Source of the DNA: Candidatus Hydrogenedentota bacterium
GTDB taxonomy: Bacteria; Hydrogenedentota; Hydrogenedentia; Hydrogenedentales; JAEUWI01
Assembly: GCA_034669905.1 (NCBI GenBank)
Contig: JAXMOL010000023.1
Coordinates: 32,001 to 96,000 of the forward strand
Direction: 5' to 3'
Length of the DNA stretch: 64,000 nucleotides
Under the pieces are notes generated by a model. It ran no database searches, was not told where the DNA came from, and saw nothing but the letters and a program-made list of their open reading frames with translations. The position numbers were made by a program, and so were the translations under genes. Position 1 is the stretch's first letter. Each line of letters begins with the position of its first letter. Below, piece by piece: positions 19,590 to 29,776 of the stretch.

Positions 19590-19795
19590 GGTTAGACTCC
19601 AGTCTTAAGGGGCGGTACAAGTCGCTGCACAGTATGACCGACGCTTCGATTCTATGGCAATGCCATGGCAAATGAATCGCGGGGTCAGCATCAACGCTAC
19701 CCTTCTCCCCGCAGGCTGTGGCCGCATACGTATCGTACATACGAAAGTCGTCCCGGCACTCGTCATCTGCCGGGACAACCTGCGATTCGCTACAA

Positions 19796-22003
19796 CTACT
19801 TCTTTTTCAACGCATTAATACGCGCCACGCTTTCCCAGAACGCATCGGTATTGGGAAATTGGCCTGGTGCCACCGTCTCCACATGACCATCCATAAAGAG
19901 CACGTTGATCACGTCGTCTGACCACGCGCCTCGGCGTTCCATGAGTATGGGCACACGCGACTGGAACTGGTAGTCAGCTGCTGGATTGGAAGAATCCTCT
20001 ATGACCATCCGCGCAACTTTTTCCCGCAATCGGTAGACCGTTCCGCCGTCTACTTCCATGTCGCTATTGGGCACCCCGCCCGCTGCGGCGGATGCCAGAT
20101 AGCCTTGGGTGTAAGACGCCATTTCTTCATCGTTCCTCACGAGGTATCCCAAGTAGACATAGTGGTAATCGTCCACCGCCGATACAGGATTATTCGTGGC
20201 CTTTTCTTGCCAAAGCTCCGCACCTTCCCCACCCGGATTAACAAGCACACTCGTATCGACCAAATACTCTGGATAGACGGCTGTTGCTCGTCCACTGCGA
20301 TAGTCTTCGGCCTCGGTCGCGGCAAACATCAGATGTCCCGGAGTGGCCTTCAAGGGCGGAAACTGCTCATCCCAACTCTCATTCGCATACATCTTGAAAA
20401 CAAGGCCCAGCTGCTTCTGGTTATTCTGGCTGCTGGCCTTTTGGGCTTCGGACTGGGCGGCTCCCATCCCGCCCAAGAGCGCTTGCGCGGAGACCAGACC
20501 AAAGGCCGAATTCGCAAACTCAACCCGCAGTTCAGAGAATTCGGCACGGTCCCATGCCTGGATCGTTATCGCAGGAGCGTCCTGCAGCGCTTGGACAGCA
20601 GAACCCCCTTCTCCGGCAGTCCCGGCCATTCCTGCAGCCATCTGCATAAGCGGACTTGACGCCACCTTGGCCAGATCGATGGTCACGTCCGCCCGATTGG
20701 GGGCATCATCGACAGGTGCCACCTTATTCTTGAGGGCATCAAGAATCGCCTTGGTGCCGTCTGCCGTGCTCGCGGCCACGAGGGTGTCGTCCTTGAAACC
20801 ATAGGTAATTCCCCCAAGCATGGGCGGAATTCCTTCGGGACCATAGAGCTGGACGCCGTCATAGTCTCCACGGGAAACGGTGCGCATGCCACCCATCCCC
20901 AATAACATGTCGAGCATCTCTGCCTGCATGGGCTTCACGGCCAACTTTACCTCCGGCATGCCCGCAGCCCCCATATTGACCGAAAGGGCCAGGGAGTTCC
21001 CCAGGATCGGTGTCAACATCCCTTGCAACTGATCCGCTCCCAAGGCGGAAGCGGGACTGCCGTCTTTGGCAATTGCCATGACCAACTCGATAAGTCCCGC
21101 CCCATCCTGCAGGGACATGTTCAGGACCGTCTCAGGGGTAGTCGGATGGCGGAGACCTATCGGATCGCCCGCCGCAGGGGCCACCGCACGCTTGAAGGCC
21201 ACTACTTTCGCAGCACTCTTACTGTCTACTTCCCCGAGCGTAGTGGACACCAGGAAACCTTCGTACCAGGAAGCGAGCAGCTGGACGGTCGCCTGCTGAT
21301 CCAAATCCTCATCGGAAGCCAGCGCGTCACAGTTCCAATATTGGACCAGGTCGTTCGACGCCTCATTCTGCAGGGACTCGAAATGCGGCAGGAGTTCGTG
21401 GGGTGCCCCGAAGCTCGCTGCAGCGGCCTCAAAGTGACGTTTATCTTTGGTTAGTACGGCGTAGCCTTCCGCCACAAACCAATATCCCGATCCGACCACG
21501 CCCGCAGGCACTTCTTTATCCCCAACCTGCAGACTCAGGACGTCGGAACCTTCTATAATGGGGGATTGGGCGAATGCCTCGGCTGAGCGAACCGGGACAT
21601 AGACCCATGCGTCTTGCGCAAGTGATTCAAAAACTATGCCGAAGGGGCGGTCTCCGTCAACGCCATACATATCCAGTAAGTGCGAAAAGGTCACCTCATC
21701 GTCGGGGGGCATCTCCCCCCCGAGGTCTACGAAAAACTCCCTGATAAAACCGTTTAACTCGTCGGACTCGCCGTGGGCATCGGCCCATTCTGAAATGTAA
21801 TTCAAGGTACCGCCGGGACGGGGCAGGACTATCATGCCTACGGGGTCAGCGGGCATTCGGGCTAACAGGTCATCCAGGTCGTCAACCTGTGCGCTGTCAC
21901 TGCCACTTCCTCCGCAGCCCACCACCAACAACGATACGACCAACAGGGTTGCAAAACCCTGTACCACATGGTTCCAACAAGTCACTTTAAAAATCCCCAG
22001 CAT
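19796..22003 (-). CDS. Lipoprotein with C-terminal DUF1559/H-X9-DG-like domain
   Basis: Lipobox VVGC; SSQNNQKQLGLVFKMYANE..FPPL, YPEY, YVYLGY, INVLFMDGHVE. Confidence 0.75.
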   Translation of the reverse strand: MLGIFKVTCWNHVVQGFATLLVVSLLVVGCGGSGSDSAQVDDLDDLLARMPADPVGMIVLPRPGGTLNYISEWADAHGESDELNGFIREFFVDLGGEMPPDDEVTFSHLLDMYGVDGDRPFGIVFESLAQDAWVYVPVRSAEAFAQSPIIEGSDVLSLQVGDKEVPAGVVGSGYWFVAEGYAVLTKDKRHFEAAAASFGAPHELLPHFESLQNEASNDLVQYWNCDALASDEDLDQQATVQLLASWYEGFLVSTTLGEVDSKSAAKVVAFKRAVAPAAGDPIGLRHPTTPETVLNMSLQDGAGLIELVMAIAKDGSPASALGADQLQGMLTPILGNSLALSVNMGAAGMPEVKLAVKPMQAEMLDMLLGMGGMRTVSRGDYDGVQLYGPEGIPPMLGGITYGFKDDTLVAASTADGTKAILDALKNKVAPVDDAPNRADVTIDLAKVASSPLMQMAAGMAGTAGEGGSAVQALQDAPAITIQAWDRAEFSELRVEFANSAFGLVSAQALLGGMGAAQSEAQKASSQNNQKQLGLVFKMYANESWDEQFPPLKATPGHLMFAATEAEDYRSGRATAVYPEYLVDTSVLVNPGGEGAELWQEKATNNPVSAVDDYHYVYLGYLVRNDEEMASYTQGYLASAAAGGVPNSDMEVDGGTVYRLREKVARMVIEDSSNPAADYQFQSRVPILMERRGAWSDDVINVLFMDGHVETVAPGQFPNTDAFWESVARINALKKK

Positions 22004-22214
22004 CGTGCCCTCCTTGTATTTCTTCGTAGGTTAAGGGGGCTGTCGGAACCGACATCGGATGACTTCGCCCCAGCTGTTTGAAACTCATTTGCCCGAAGCC
22101 GCGTATAGCCGTGAGCTTGATGCCCTCTCGCTTAAATCGAGCACCGTCAGTGCGTTGTTATAGAACAACTATACACATGGACTCATTGCACCGCAACGCA
22201 CGCACCGTCGGCGC

Positions 22215-22243
22215 TTCCAAGCGAAGCCGCGCTTGGGAACGAG
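22215..22243. repeat. REP-like palindrome (..CTTGGGAACGAG family)
   Basis: TTCCAAGCG..CGCTTGGGAACGAG; related copy at 43292-43320. Confidence 0.55.
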
Positions 22244-22448
22244 GTCTCAAATACTTCGTTCACGCTTGAGCCAATCCCTAACGGAATCGCTATTGAGGGG
22301 CACACGCTCGAAATCGTACTCATTCACAGACACGGATTGGTATCCTGCTCCACGCACACGAATAGGCGGGGCCTAATCGCGTGGCACGGGGCATGGTCAC
22401 AAAAATTGTCCTGCGGGATATTTCGTCGTAATGTCATTTTTTCGTGCG

Positions 22449-23630
22449 TCACGCCCAGCGCTTCAGCGGATGGGTCCGGTCGACCAGCGGCAGCGACACA
22501 CGGCCCCCTTGCACGCAGGACTCGAACACCGCCTGAATCATCTCCCACGAGGCCAGCCCGTCATGGACGCTAAAACGGGGACGACGATCTTCTTCAATGG
22601 CGGCGATGAGATCATCGATGATAATTCTGTTGCGGGCATTCGCGGGAATGGGCGGTTCCGTCACAGGCGAATCGGGCAAGGGTTTCCAGCCGACTTCTGA
22701 ACCCACGGGGGCCCAGTTGGGCGCGTCAAGCCAACCCACGTCGATGGTGGCGTCTCCCTTCAGGACCCGGACGGAGATCACGCCCCGGGTGCCATAGATA
22801 TCGATGCCGAAGCGGCCGCCGTTTCCGTCGGGATTCTTCATGGAATCAAAGTAGCCCACGGCGCCGCCGGGGAATCCATACATGGCGTGAATCCGGTCGC
22901 CCACAATGGGCCCGAGGGGTTCGGTGGGCTTCCGCACATCGGCGGGCGTGGCGGGCCGTCCTTCCATGGTGATGTCGGCCGAACACCACATGGGCGAGCC
23001 ATCCATAAGGAAGCGCATGAGGTCCAGCACATGGGTTCCGAGGACGATGAGGTCTTCCCCACCAGCGCGATGGTCCTCTTTGCCGCGGCCACGGGCCTCG
23101 AGTACGGTGCCGATTAGCCCGTCCTCGTAAATCAGCTTCTTAGCCCGTTGCAGCAGGGACATGCCGCGAAAGTTGTAGGCGATGGACCACTTCAGGTTCT
23201 TGGCATCCACGGCGGCCACCATCTCGTCGCCCGCGTCCAGGCTGTCGCAAAAAGGCTTCTCGATAAAGCCATGGGCACCCACCTCGGCGCACGCCAGGAG
23301 ATAGTCCCGGTGATTAACGGTGCAACGGGGCCCAATGGCCACCAAGTCGGGCCGCTCCTTCTCCAGCATCTCCCGATAGTCCGCGTAGCTCCGCTCGGCC
23401 CCCAGGCCGTTGGCATGGTGCGCCCGGCCCTTCTCATCCGGGTCGGCGAGGCCCACGATAGCGACGTCGTCCCGATAGCGGAAGGCATTCTGGATTTGAT
23501 GGCCATAGCCGCCGAGCTTGGTGTCGCCGATGATGCAGGCCTTGTATTTCTTTTCGGATTGGGCCGTCGCGGTCGCGGCCAAGGCCACGGCGGACGATGC
23601 CGCAATGAATTCACGTCGATTGAGTTGCAT
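22449..23630 (-). CDS. Tat-signal Gfo/Idh/MocA family oxidoreductase
   Basis: NRREFI; YADYREML, EKP, GTHVLD. Confidence 0.9.
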   Translation of the reverse strand: MQLNRREFIAASSAVALAATATAQSEKKYKACIIGDTKLGGYGHQIQNAFRYRDDVAIVGLADPDEKGRAHHANGLGAERSYADYREMLEKERPDLVAIGPRCTVNHRDYLLACAEVGAHGFIEKPFCDSLDAGDEMVAAVDAKNLKWSIAYNFRGMSLLQRAKKLIYEDGLIGTVLEARGRGKEDHRAGGEDLIVLGTHVLDLMRFLMDGSPMWCSADITMEGRPATPADVRKPTEPLGPIVGDRIHAMYGFPGGAVGYFDSMKNPDGNGGRFGIDIYGTRGVISVRVLKGDATIDVGWLDAPNWAPVGSEVGWKPLPDSPVTEPPIPANARNRIIIDDLIAAIEEDRRPRFSVHDGLASWEMIQAVFESCVQGGRVSLPLVDRTHPLKRWA

Positions 23631-23721
23631 GTGCTATGTCCTTCCTTTAGTCGATACTTATTCGCAATGATGACCTTATCATGGACGGAGCGGCGCGTGG
23701 AAACGGGAGAGAATAGATATA

Positions 23722-23890
23722 GGGGTTGACCATTCCTGGTCGACCCAAGGTGCACGAAATTTTTCGCAGTTCATGCCGGCGGACGCAGGACGTGGTGCGT
23801 TCCCCTCCAAGCATCCCATCACCTGACCAACATCACGGGCCCCTGTGATCACGGATGAGGGCCTTGTGTCGACCAGGAATGGTCAACCCC
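23722..23890. repeat. REPIN-like inverted pair (29-bp arms, 28/29 complementary, 111-bp spacer)
   Basis: GGGGTTGACCATTCCTGGTCGACCCAAGG (23722-23750) and CCTTGTGTCGACCAGGAATGGTCAACCCC (23862-23890). Confidence 0.8.
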
Positions 23891-23994
23891 CTGTTGGTCC
23901 GCGCACCTATGTGTTCTTTCTCTGTGATAGTAACCACCTTGGATTTGGACTCCCGTCGCTTTACGTTAGACGTCATTCGCCCTACGCGCGACAC

Positions 23995-26900
23995 CTACGG
24001 CCTGAATAACACTACGGCACCACTATCCAGTGCCAGTGCCAGACTCCCATCACCCAGCTTTTCAACGCACACCGGTGTGCCCTCCACGTTTCCTTGTTTC
24101 AATACTGCGCCTGCGCTGTCTAACGCCTTCACCGTGCCATCCTCCAACGCCACAACGATCACCGGCACATTTCCGTCTACCGGTCTGTGCGCGCCCATCA
24201 CCACCGGCGACCCGCCCACATTCACACCCCAGAGCCGTTCGCACTTCCCCGTGAGGGCCACGAGCAACCCTGTCTTTTCCGCCACGAGTATTTCGGGCGT
24301 TCCGTCGCCGTCCAGATCGGCGGTGTCCATGTCGCGGATGTTCAGCGCGGGGATGCGGTCTCCGGGGCCGAAGCTGGCATCGTATTTGGCCGTACCGTAT
24401 TTGTCCCACACGGTGACGCGGTTCCAGGAGCCGTTGATTTCGGACATGAGCTCTTTTTCGCCGTCGCCGTCGAAGTCTTCAAAGAAGAGGTGGTAACGAT
24501 TCATGCTGGACCAGCCGCCAATGTAGGTGTGCCCTTCGGGGACGGTGTGCAAGCCCCGGGGAGCGGGGTTGAGGGATTTGTTGTCGATCATGGCGACAGC
24601 ATTGAACCCGTTATATTTTCGTGCGGCCAGGAGGGTCAGGATATCCTCCGCCGTCGGGATAATCTTGAAGAGGGAGACCTTCCCCCAGAACTGGGGCATG
24701 CGTTTGATGAGTTGGCCGTGCTCGTCGATAATTTCGAGGGTACAGGCGCTCCCGACAAAAGCTTGGCTCTTCCCGTCAAGGAAGACGCCCGTGTGGAGAC
24801 CATGGATACCCTCGTGTCCGGGGGCGGACTTAAACCAATAGGTCTTGGCCGCACGGAAGACCGCCGGGTCCATTTCGCTGACGAACTCCCACCGCCGCTC
24901 GCCCGCCTCGTTGAAGGCGATGACCTTTTCGTCCGCACAGCCTGCGAGGAGGAGCTTGTGTTCCGCCCACCAGCGGAGCATGCGGATGGGCCCGTCGGTC
25001 TGGAGGGTGTTGACGACTTCGCCCTCGGTCGTGATGAGATGGATAGTCTTACCCGCCGCAGCGGCAATCAGGGTGCCCTTTTCGCCTGGAATCGACACCA
25101 GGTCTACGACCGCCTCGCCAAGCTCTACGCGAACTTGAGGCACGAGGGCCTCCGCCACTTGGGGCGAGGGCACGACCGCAACATATGCCCTATCGGGTGC
25201 CCGTGTAGCGGCCACCGGACCCAATGCATCCTGCACCGCCGAGGGAAGTGAAAGGGTTGCCAACGCCTCCCAGAGTCTTGCCAAAGCAATGCCCCTATCC
25301 CCACGGCCGACCACCGAATAGATATACTCGGTCTCTCCCGCCTTCACCGGCCCCACCCAGGTCATGGTGGCCACCTTGCCTTGTACGTTCGTCTTCATGG
25401 CGCGCGATACCGACACGGTCCCAACTGGGGCGGGAGCACCTGCCTTGGTAGCGATGAGGTGGCTGGGGCGCGCGGGGTCGAGCTCCCAGTCATTTTCCTT
25501 GGTCTCCCAGGAAAGCGCAATCTCAAAGTTTTCTGTGTCGATGCGCGTCGTCACGGCATCCGCGATAATCGTGTATTCCCCCTTCTTGCTGACTATGGTC
25601 CGCTCCCAGCTGGCGAAGGGCATGTTGGGCACTTCCGCCACGGCAATCGCCACATCGGCGAGGACCTCCACCTTTTTCAAGGCGGCATCCATGGCCACCA
25701 CCGGCTCGGTGAGGCCATCGGCCCGGGTGCGAATCTGGTTGAGGTAGCCTTCGAGCATGGTCTCGCCATCGAGGCGCAACTCCAAGAGCACGAAGGTATG
25801 GTAGGGATTCCGGGAGGCCCCGTTGAGTCCATCGAGGAGGATGAAATCACCGCTGGCATCGGGGGCCGAGCGGTAACTCGCAAATTGAAAGGATTCCCCC
25901 AGCGGCAAGCCACTCTTGCGCTGCTGCCACATCCCCTCGGGCACGGGGTGGACGGTCCATTTGTCGACGAGGTCTACCGGCAGGGTTGGCTCCAGGGCGG
26001 CATCGGGCCAATAGGATTGTCCGAGGCGGAAGGGCTTGAGGCTGATGCCGGAATGGCCCACATAGTCCAGCCAGCGCCCGTCTTGGGTGAGGTCGGCCGC
26101 TTTGTGGTAGTAGCCGATGGAGCCGTAACGCAGCGCCCAGTCGTTTTGCTTGCCTGCGAGCAGGGCCTCGTGTCCCCGGAGCAGCGTCGCCAGCACACCA
26201 TTCTCCAGGGGCACGCGGTCCCCCGAGAGCATCATGTAGGTCAAGATGGGAGCCACGCCCGTGGTGTACCAATAGAGGTTGTCGCTCTCCCCCGCTACCC
26301 ACGCATGCTCGTGGAGGGGTTTGAAGTGAAGGGCACCATTTTCTTCGCAGACCGGCCAGATGGGGTCTTCGTAATCTTTGGCGAAATAGCGGCCGAGGGC
26401 GTAGAGGCTGATGGCGGTCCATTGGCCATGGCGCGAACCCACCGAGGCGGGCGTGGCGGCATAGGGACCCCGATAGGCACCCTTGATACCATGGTGCTCC
26501 AGTTGCTTCGCAAAGGCGTTGGTCACCCGGAGCCGCTCTTCGTCCGTAAAGAGAGGACTCTCCTCAATGAGATCCCAGTAGAGAATCATCATGTGGGCGT
26601 TGTAATGGTAGGGACCGCTGAGCGGCGCGTCCTTGTTCTCGATACGCTCACCATCGATTTCGCCGATCTCGGCCTTCGCCTGGTCGTCGGGAAAGGCGAG
26701 GCGAACAACCTCCCGGGCGTGGAATTCGTCGCCGGTCATGTAATAGAGGGCCATGCGCTTGCTGATGCTGTTCCAGCCGAAATAACCAATGCCCCCATAA
26801 CCCGCCGAATCTTCCCAGGTGGGGAAGCGGTCGATGTCGGTGGGCACCTCAATGCCCTCTCCCAGTTGCAGCTCCATGAGGCGCCCGAGGATGAGCGCAC

Positions 26901-27993
26901 CCTCTGCCACCGGAAGTGCGCCAATCTTTTCCACCAGGAGATTGGCGGCCACTGTCACGCCTGCATCATCGCTACCGCCCACGAGGATAACATTCTTGCC
27001 GCCCCCCGTGGGGTTGTGGAGTGTGCGGAGCACGTGACCGCCCACGCCGGGATAGCGCAAATCGAGCAAGGTGTAATAGCGTTCATAGAGGGTCCCGAGC
27101 AGACGATTCGTCGAGCGGTTCCCCAGCACGATGAGGTGGTCGTCCAGGGCCAGTTCGGGTCCGAACTCCGTGTCCGGAATCATCCTCGGACGTACCCCGC
27201 CCCGGGCTTCGATGGCGTCGGCGATGGCAATCGCCGCACCCTCATAACGCCCATCCGCGGGCACCACTATCGGCGCGGCCACCCCGTCCGCCACCAGCGC
27301 CGTTTCCAGATAGAGGGGCTTTAGCGTGGTTATTTCCGGGGCCTTCGCCGAACCCAGGGCATCCATTAAGGGGGGGAGTTCTAACACTGTGTGGAGCCGT
27401 ACGTTGTCCACGAGCAGTTTCGGGGTCGGGCTGGCGTGGGAATAAATATAGACCATGGCGGAGGTCGTTCCCGGCGGGGCCACCTTGCCGATGATCGTGT
27501 CCGCCGCCGCACCACCGAGCCCCGGAATTAGACTCCGTTGAGCGAATTCCCCGGAAGGTGAGAAGCGCAACTGAAGATAGGAACCGCCGGGAGAAAGCTC
27601 GTCGAGGGCCTTCACCGAGACGGTGGCCATGTAGGCCGAGCCCCCTTCTGCGGGGACCTTCTGCCGCAGGCCCGTCTCGCCCGCCGGGTCATCATCTTCG
27701 AAGCGGAGCATCTTGGCCCCGTCGATGTCGCCGTCCACCACCGTGAGCTTGCGGTATTCGTCCAGGCCGCCATAGTTGCTCCAGCCCACAGGGACGCCAT
27801 TCTCCCCCACGCCGTCCTCGAACGAGGGATTGACGAGGAGGTTGGGACCATCGGATGTGGCGGCCATCGCACACGGGCAAGACAGGGCAACCACGGACAG
27901 GAGTAGCGAAAGGCCACAAAATTCGACAATTCGATTAAGTTGCACGGGTTGGTCTCCCCGGGGTGGGCATGTGGACACATTGGGTTGAATCAT
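23995..27993 (-). CDS. Large secreted protein: CBM-like N-terminus, helical/lyase-like core, C-terminal beta-propeller (FG-GAP/PQQ-like)
   Basis: Signal peptide; NLLVNPSFE..VDNVRL; DFDGDGEKE, DLDGDGTPEI repeats. Confidence 0.7.
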   Translation of the reverse strand: MIQPNVSTCPPRGDQPVQLNRIVEFCGLSLLLSVVALSCPCAMAATSDGPNLLVNPSFEDGVGENGVPVGWSNYGGLDEYRKLTVVDGDIDGAKMLRFEDDDPAGETGLRQKVPAEGGSAYMATVSVKALDELSPGGSYLQLRFSPSGEFAQRSLIPGLGGAAADTIIGKVAPPGTTSAMVYIYSHASPTPKLLVDNVRLHTVLELPPLMDALGSAKAPEITTLKPLYLETALVADGVAAPIVVPADGRYEGAAIAIADAIEARGGVRPRMIPDTEFGPELALDDHLIVLGNRSTNRLLGTLYERYYTLLDLRYPGVGGHVLRTLHNPTGGGKNVILVGGSDDAGVTVAANLLVEKIGALPVAEGALILGRLMELQLGEGIEVPTDIDRFPTWEDSAGYGGIGYFGWNSISKRMALYYMTGDEFHAREVVRLAFPDDQAKAEIGEIDGERIENKDAPLSGPYHYNAHMMILYWDLIEESPLFTDEERLRVTNAFAKQLEHHGIKGAYRGPYAATPASVGSRHGQWTAISLYALGRYFAKDYEDPIWPVCEENGALHFKPLHEHAWVAGESDNLYWYTTGVAPILTYMMLSGDRVPLENGVLATLLRGHEALLAGKQNDWALRYGSIGYYHKAADLTQDGRWLDYVGHSGISLKPFRLGQSYWPDAALEPTLPVDLVDKWTVHPVPEGMWQQRKSGLPLGESFQFASYRSAPDASGDFILLDGLNGASRNPYHTFVLLELRLDGETMLEGYLNQIRTRADGLTEPVVAMDAALKKVEVLADVAIAVAEVPNMPFASWERTIVSKKGEYTIIADAVTTRIDTENFEIALSWETKENDWELDPARPSHLIATKAGAPAPVGTVSVSRAMKTNVQGKVATMTWVGPVKAGETEYIYSVVGRGDRGIALARLWEALATLSLPSAVQDALGPVAATRAPDRAYVAVVPSPQVAEALVPQVRVELGEAVVDLVSIPGEKGTLIAAAAGKTIHLITTEGEVVNTLQTDGPIRMLRWWAEHKLLLAGCADEKVIAFNEAGERRWEFVSEMDPAVFRAAKTYWFKSAPGHEGIHGLHTGVFLDGKSQAFVGSACTLEIIDEHGQLIKRMPQFWGKVSLFKIIPTAEDILTLLAARKYNGFNAVAMIDNKSLNPAPRGLHTVPEGHTYIGGWSSMNRYHLFFEDFDGDGEKELMSEINGSWNRVTVWDKYGTAKYDASFGPGDRIPALNIRDMDTADLDGDGTPEILVAEKTGLLVALTGKCERLWGVNVGGSPVVMGAHRPVDGNVPVIVVALEDGTVKALDSAGAVLKQGNVEGTPVCVEKLGDGSLALALDSGAVVLFRP

Positions 27994-28028
27994 TGCGAAT
28001 CGTCAAAGACAGGGACACCATCGCACGA

Positions 28029-28062
28029 ACCCTCGTGCCTCGGGATCGCGCGGCACGAGGGT
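28029..28062. terminator. 11-bp hairpin between co-directional genes
   Basis: ACCCTCGTGCC...GGCACGAGGGT. Confidence 0.4.
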
Positions 28063-28138
28063 CTTTCTACGGGAAACCTTGTCGCCACACGCCGCCTACA
28101 GAAACCCTGCCTGTCAGAGCGAAAGGGGCATCACGTTG

Positions 28139-29200
28139 CTACACCTCTTCCCCGCATGCCCGGAGTATGGTCCGCTGCACCGCGTAGTCATGTTCATAGC
28201 CATAAGCAAACTCCGATTCATCGCGAATCGCCGAGGCGAAGTCTGCGAGATCCGCGATATGGCGGGGCAGGTGCGTAAAGGAGACATCCGATACGCCTTT
28301 GGGATGGTCACCCCAGGCGTTTCGCAGACTTAACTGGGCCGCTGGGGGTTCCAGGGGCATGAGCGTGACGGCACCATGGGTGCCCGTAATTTTAAAGCGA
28401 CGCCCTGCCCCGGAGTTGGGCTCTTGCACGGAAATATCAACGGTCACCATGGCCTTGTCGTATTCCAGCACCGCGAGGGTGTTGTCGCTGAGGTTGTCGT
28501 CGAAGTCGTTGTCGTGACGGAGGAAGCTGGTCACCTTCCTGGGCTCACCGAGGAGGAGCACAATCATGTCGATGAGATGACAGCCCAGCTCGAGCATGGC
28601 CCCGCCTTTGTGGAAAGCGATGCGCTCGCGGTTCGCGGGCGACAGGTCGGTGCACATGGTGGCATGGATGGTGGACACATCCCCCAGTACCCCTTCACCA
28701 TGCAGCTTGCGTATGAAGTCGAATCCGGGATTGTAGCGGTACATGTAGCCCATTTGAATATGCACCCCCTTTGCTTTCGCAGTATCGAGGAGGGTGCGAA
28801 ACTTCGGCAGGTCGGTACCCGCCGGTTTGTCCATATAGAGGTGCTTTCCCGAAGCCACTACGGACTGGCCGAGCGCCAACAATCGGGGCACATCACTTTC
28901 CACTGCCACCATTTTGATGTCCGGGTTCTTCAGAATTTCATCGTGGGACAGCCACTGGGTCGCTGCGTGGAGGGTTTGTCCGGCGTGGGCTTTGCGCACC
29001 TCTCCATCGGGTTCGCAGATGCCAACGAGGGCGAAATCCGGCGAATTGCGGAGCCCCTTTACGATGCTCCCCGCATGGGCATGGCCAAGTCCCAGGATGG
29101 CACACGGGATCTTTGGGGTCGTTTTATCCTGGGCTACCGCGCCCAACTGCGTCGCGGCTAACACGCCTGCCGTGCTGCCGATAAAATCACGTCGATTCAT
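28139..29200 (-). CDS. Tat-signal Gfo/Idh/MocA family oxidoreductase
   Basis: MNRRDFI; GLGHAHA, KHLYMDKP, QMGYMYRYNP, ELGCHLID. Confidence 0.9.
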   Translation of the reverse strand: MNRRDFIGSTAGVLAATQLGAVAQDKTTPKIPCAILGLGHAHAGSIVKGLRNSPDFALVGICEPDGEVRKAHAGQTLHAATQWLSHDEILKNPDIKMVAVESDVPRLLALGQSVVASGKHLYMDKPAGTDLPKFRTLLDTAKAKGVHIQMGYMYRYNPGFDFIRKLHGEGVLGDVSTIHATMCTDLSPANRERIAFHKGGAMLELGCHLIDMIVLLLGEPRKVTSFLRHDNDFDDNLSDNTLAVLEYDKAMVTVDISVQEPNSGAGRRFKITGTHGAVTLMPLEPPAAQLSLRNAWGDHPKGVSDVSFTHLPRHIADLADFASAIRDESEFAYGYEHDYAVQRTILRACGEEV

Positions 29201-29299
29201 GAAATAGCTCTCCGATGGGATGGGATATCTGCCGATCAATTTGATGGGTTATACGGTACCGTCACCAGCCACGGGATGCAAGCTGGCGTGTGGAAGGAT

Positions 29300-29690
29300 T
29301 TTTAACCACAAAGAACGCAAAAGACGGGCGCGTAGTTGGCATATGATATGGACTTGGACGACGCTCTCTGAAAAAGAGAAACTTTCACCACGAAGGACAC
29401 GAAGAGCACGAAGAAATGAAGGAACGAGATACAAGACGCTCGTGGCTATGGCCCGCCGTAGCAACTGATACGTTGGCTCCAGGCAAGATGGGTAGGGACA
29501 CCATCGTGGGCTGGTGCAAAACGGTTTTTAACCACAAAGAACGCGGAGAACACAAAAAATGGCTCGAACCATGGCGTCGGTATGTTAGCTAAACAACAGC
29601 AACGTTCCATTGAATGATTTTCAAAGAGACCGTCGCCCACACCATCAGCCGGAAACGTTTTATCTTTGTGTTCTCTGCGTTCTTTGTGGT
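29300..29690. repeat. Cluster of four AACCAC(A/G)AAG.. repeats with ~9-nt internal periodicity; last two inverted
   Basis: Copies at 29300-29325, 29383-29413, 29525-29556 and inverted 29665-29690 (25/26 complementary to 29531-29556). Confidence 0.75.
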
Positions 29691-29776
29691 CCAAGTCATT
29701 GCGTGTGTCCCATGGCTACTGCTACCCTACAAGATGTCTAATACGGCTGCGGCATACAACCAGGGAGCGTCCTACC

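Noticed and set aside
19654..19670. TGGCAATGCCATGGCA as a sigma-54 promoter
   Set aside because: Points into the 3' end of a convergent gene and is explained by a short palindrome.
25381..27324. Long antisense ORFs (647 aa here; also 61618-63606, 41659-43146, 36869-38107)
   Set aside because: They lie opposite well-supported genes and have no recognisable motifs; expected shadow ORFs in GC-rich coding DNA.
29300..29690. Possible CRISPR array
   Set aside because: Repeats are degenerate, unevenly spaced and one is inverted; no cas genes in the window.
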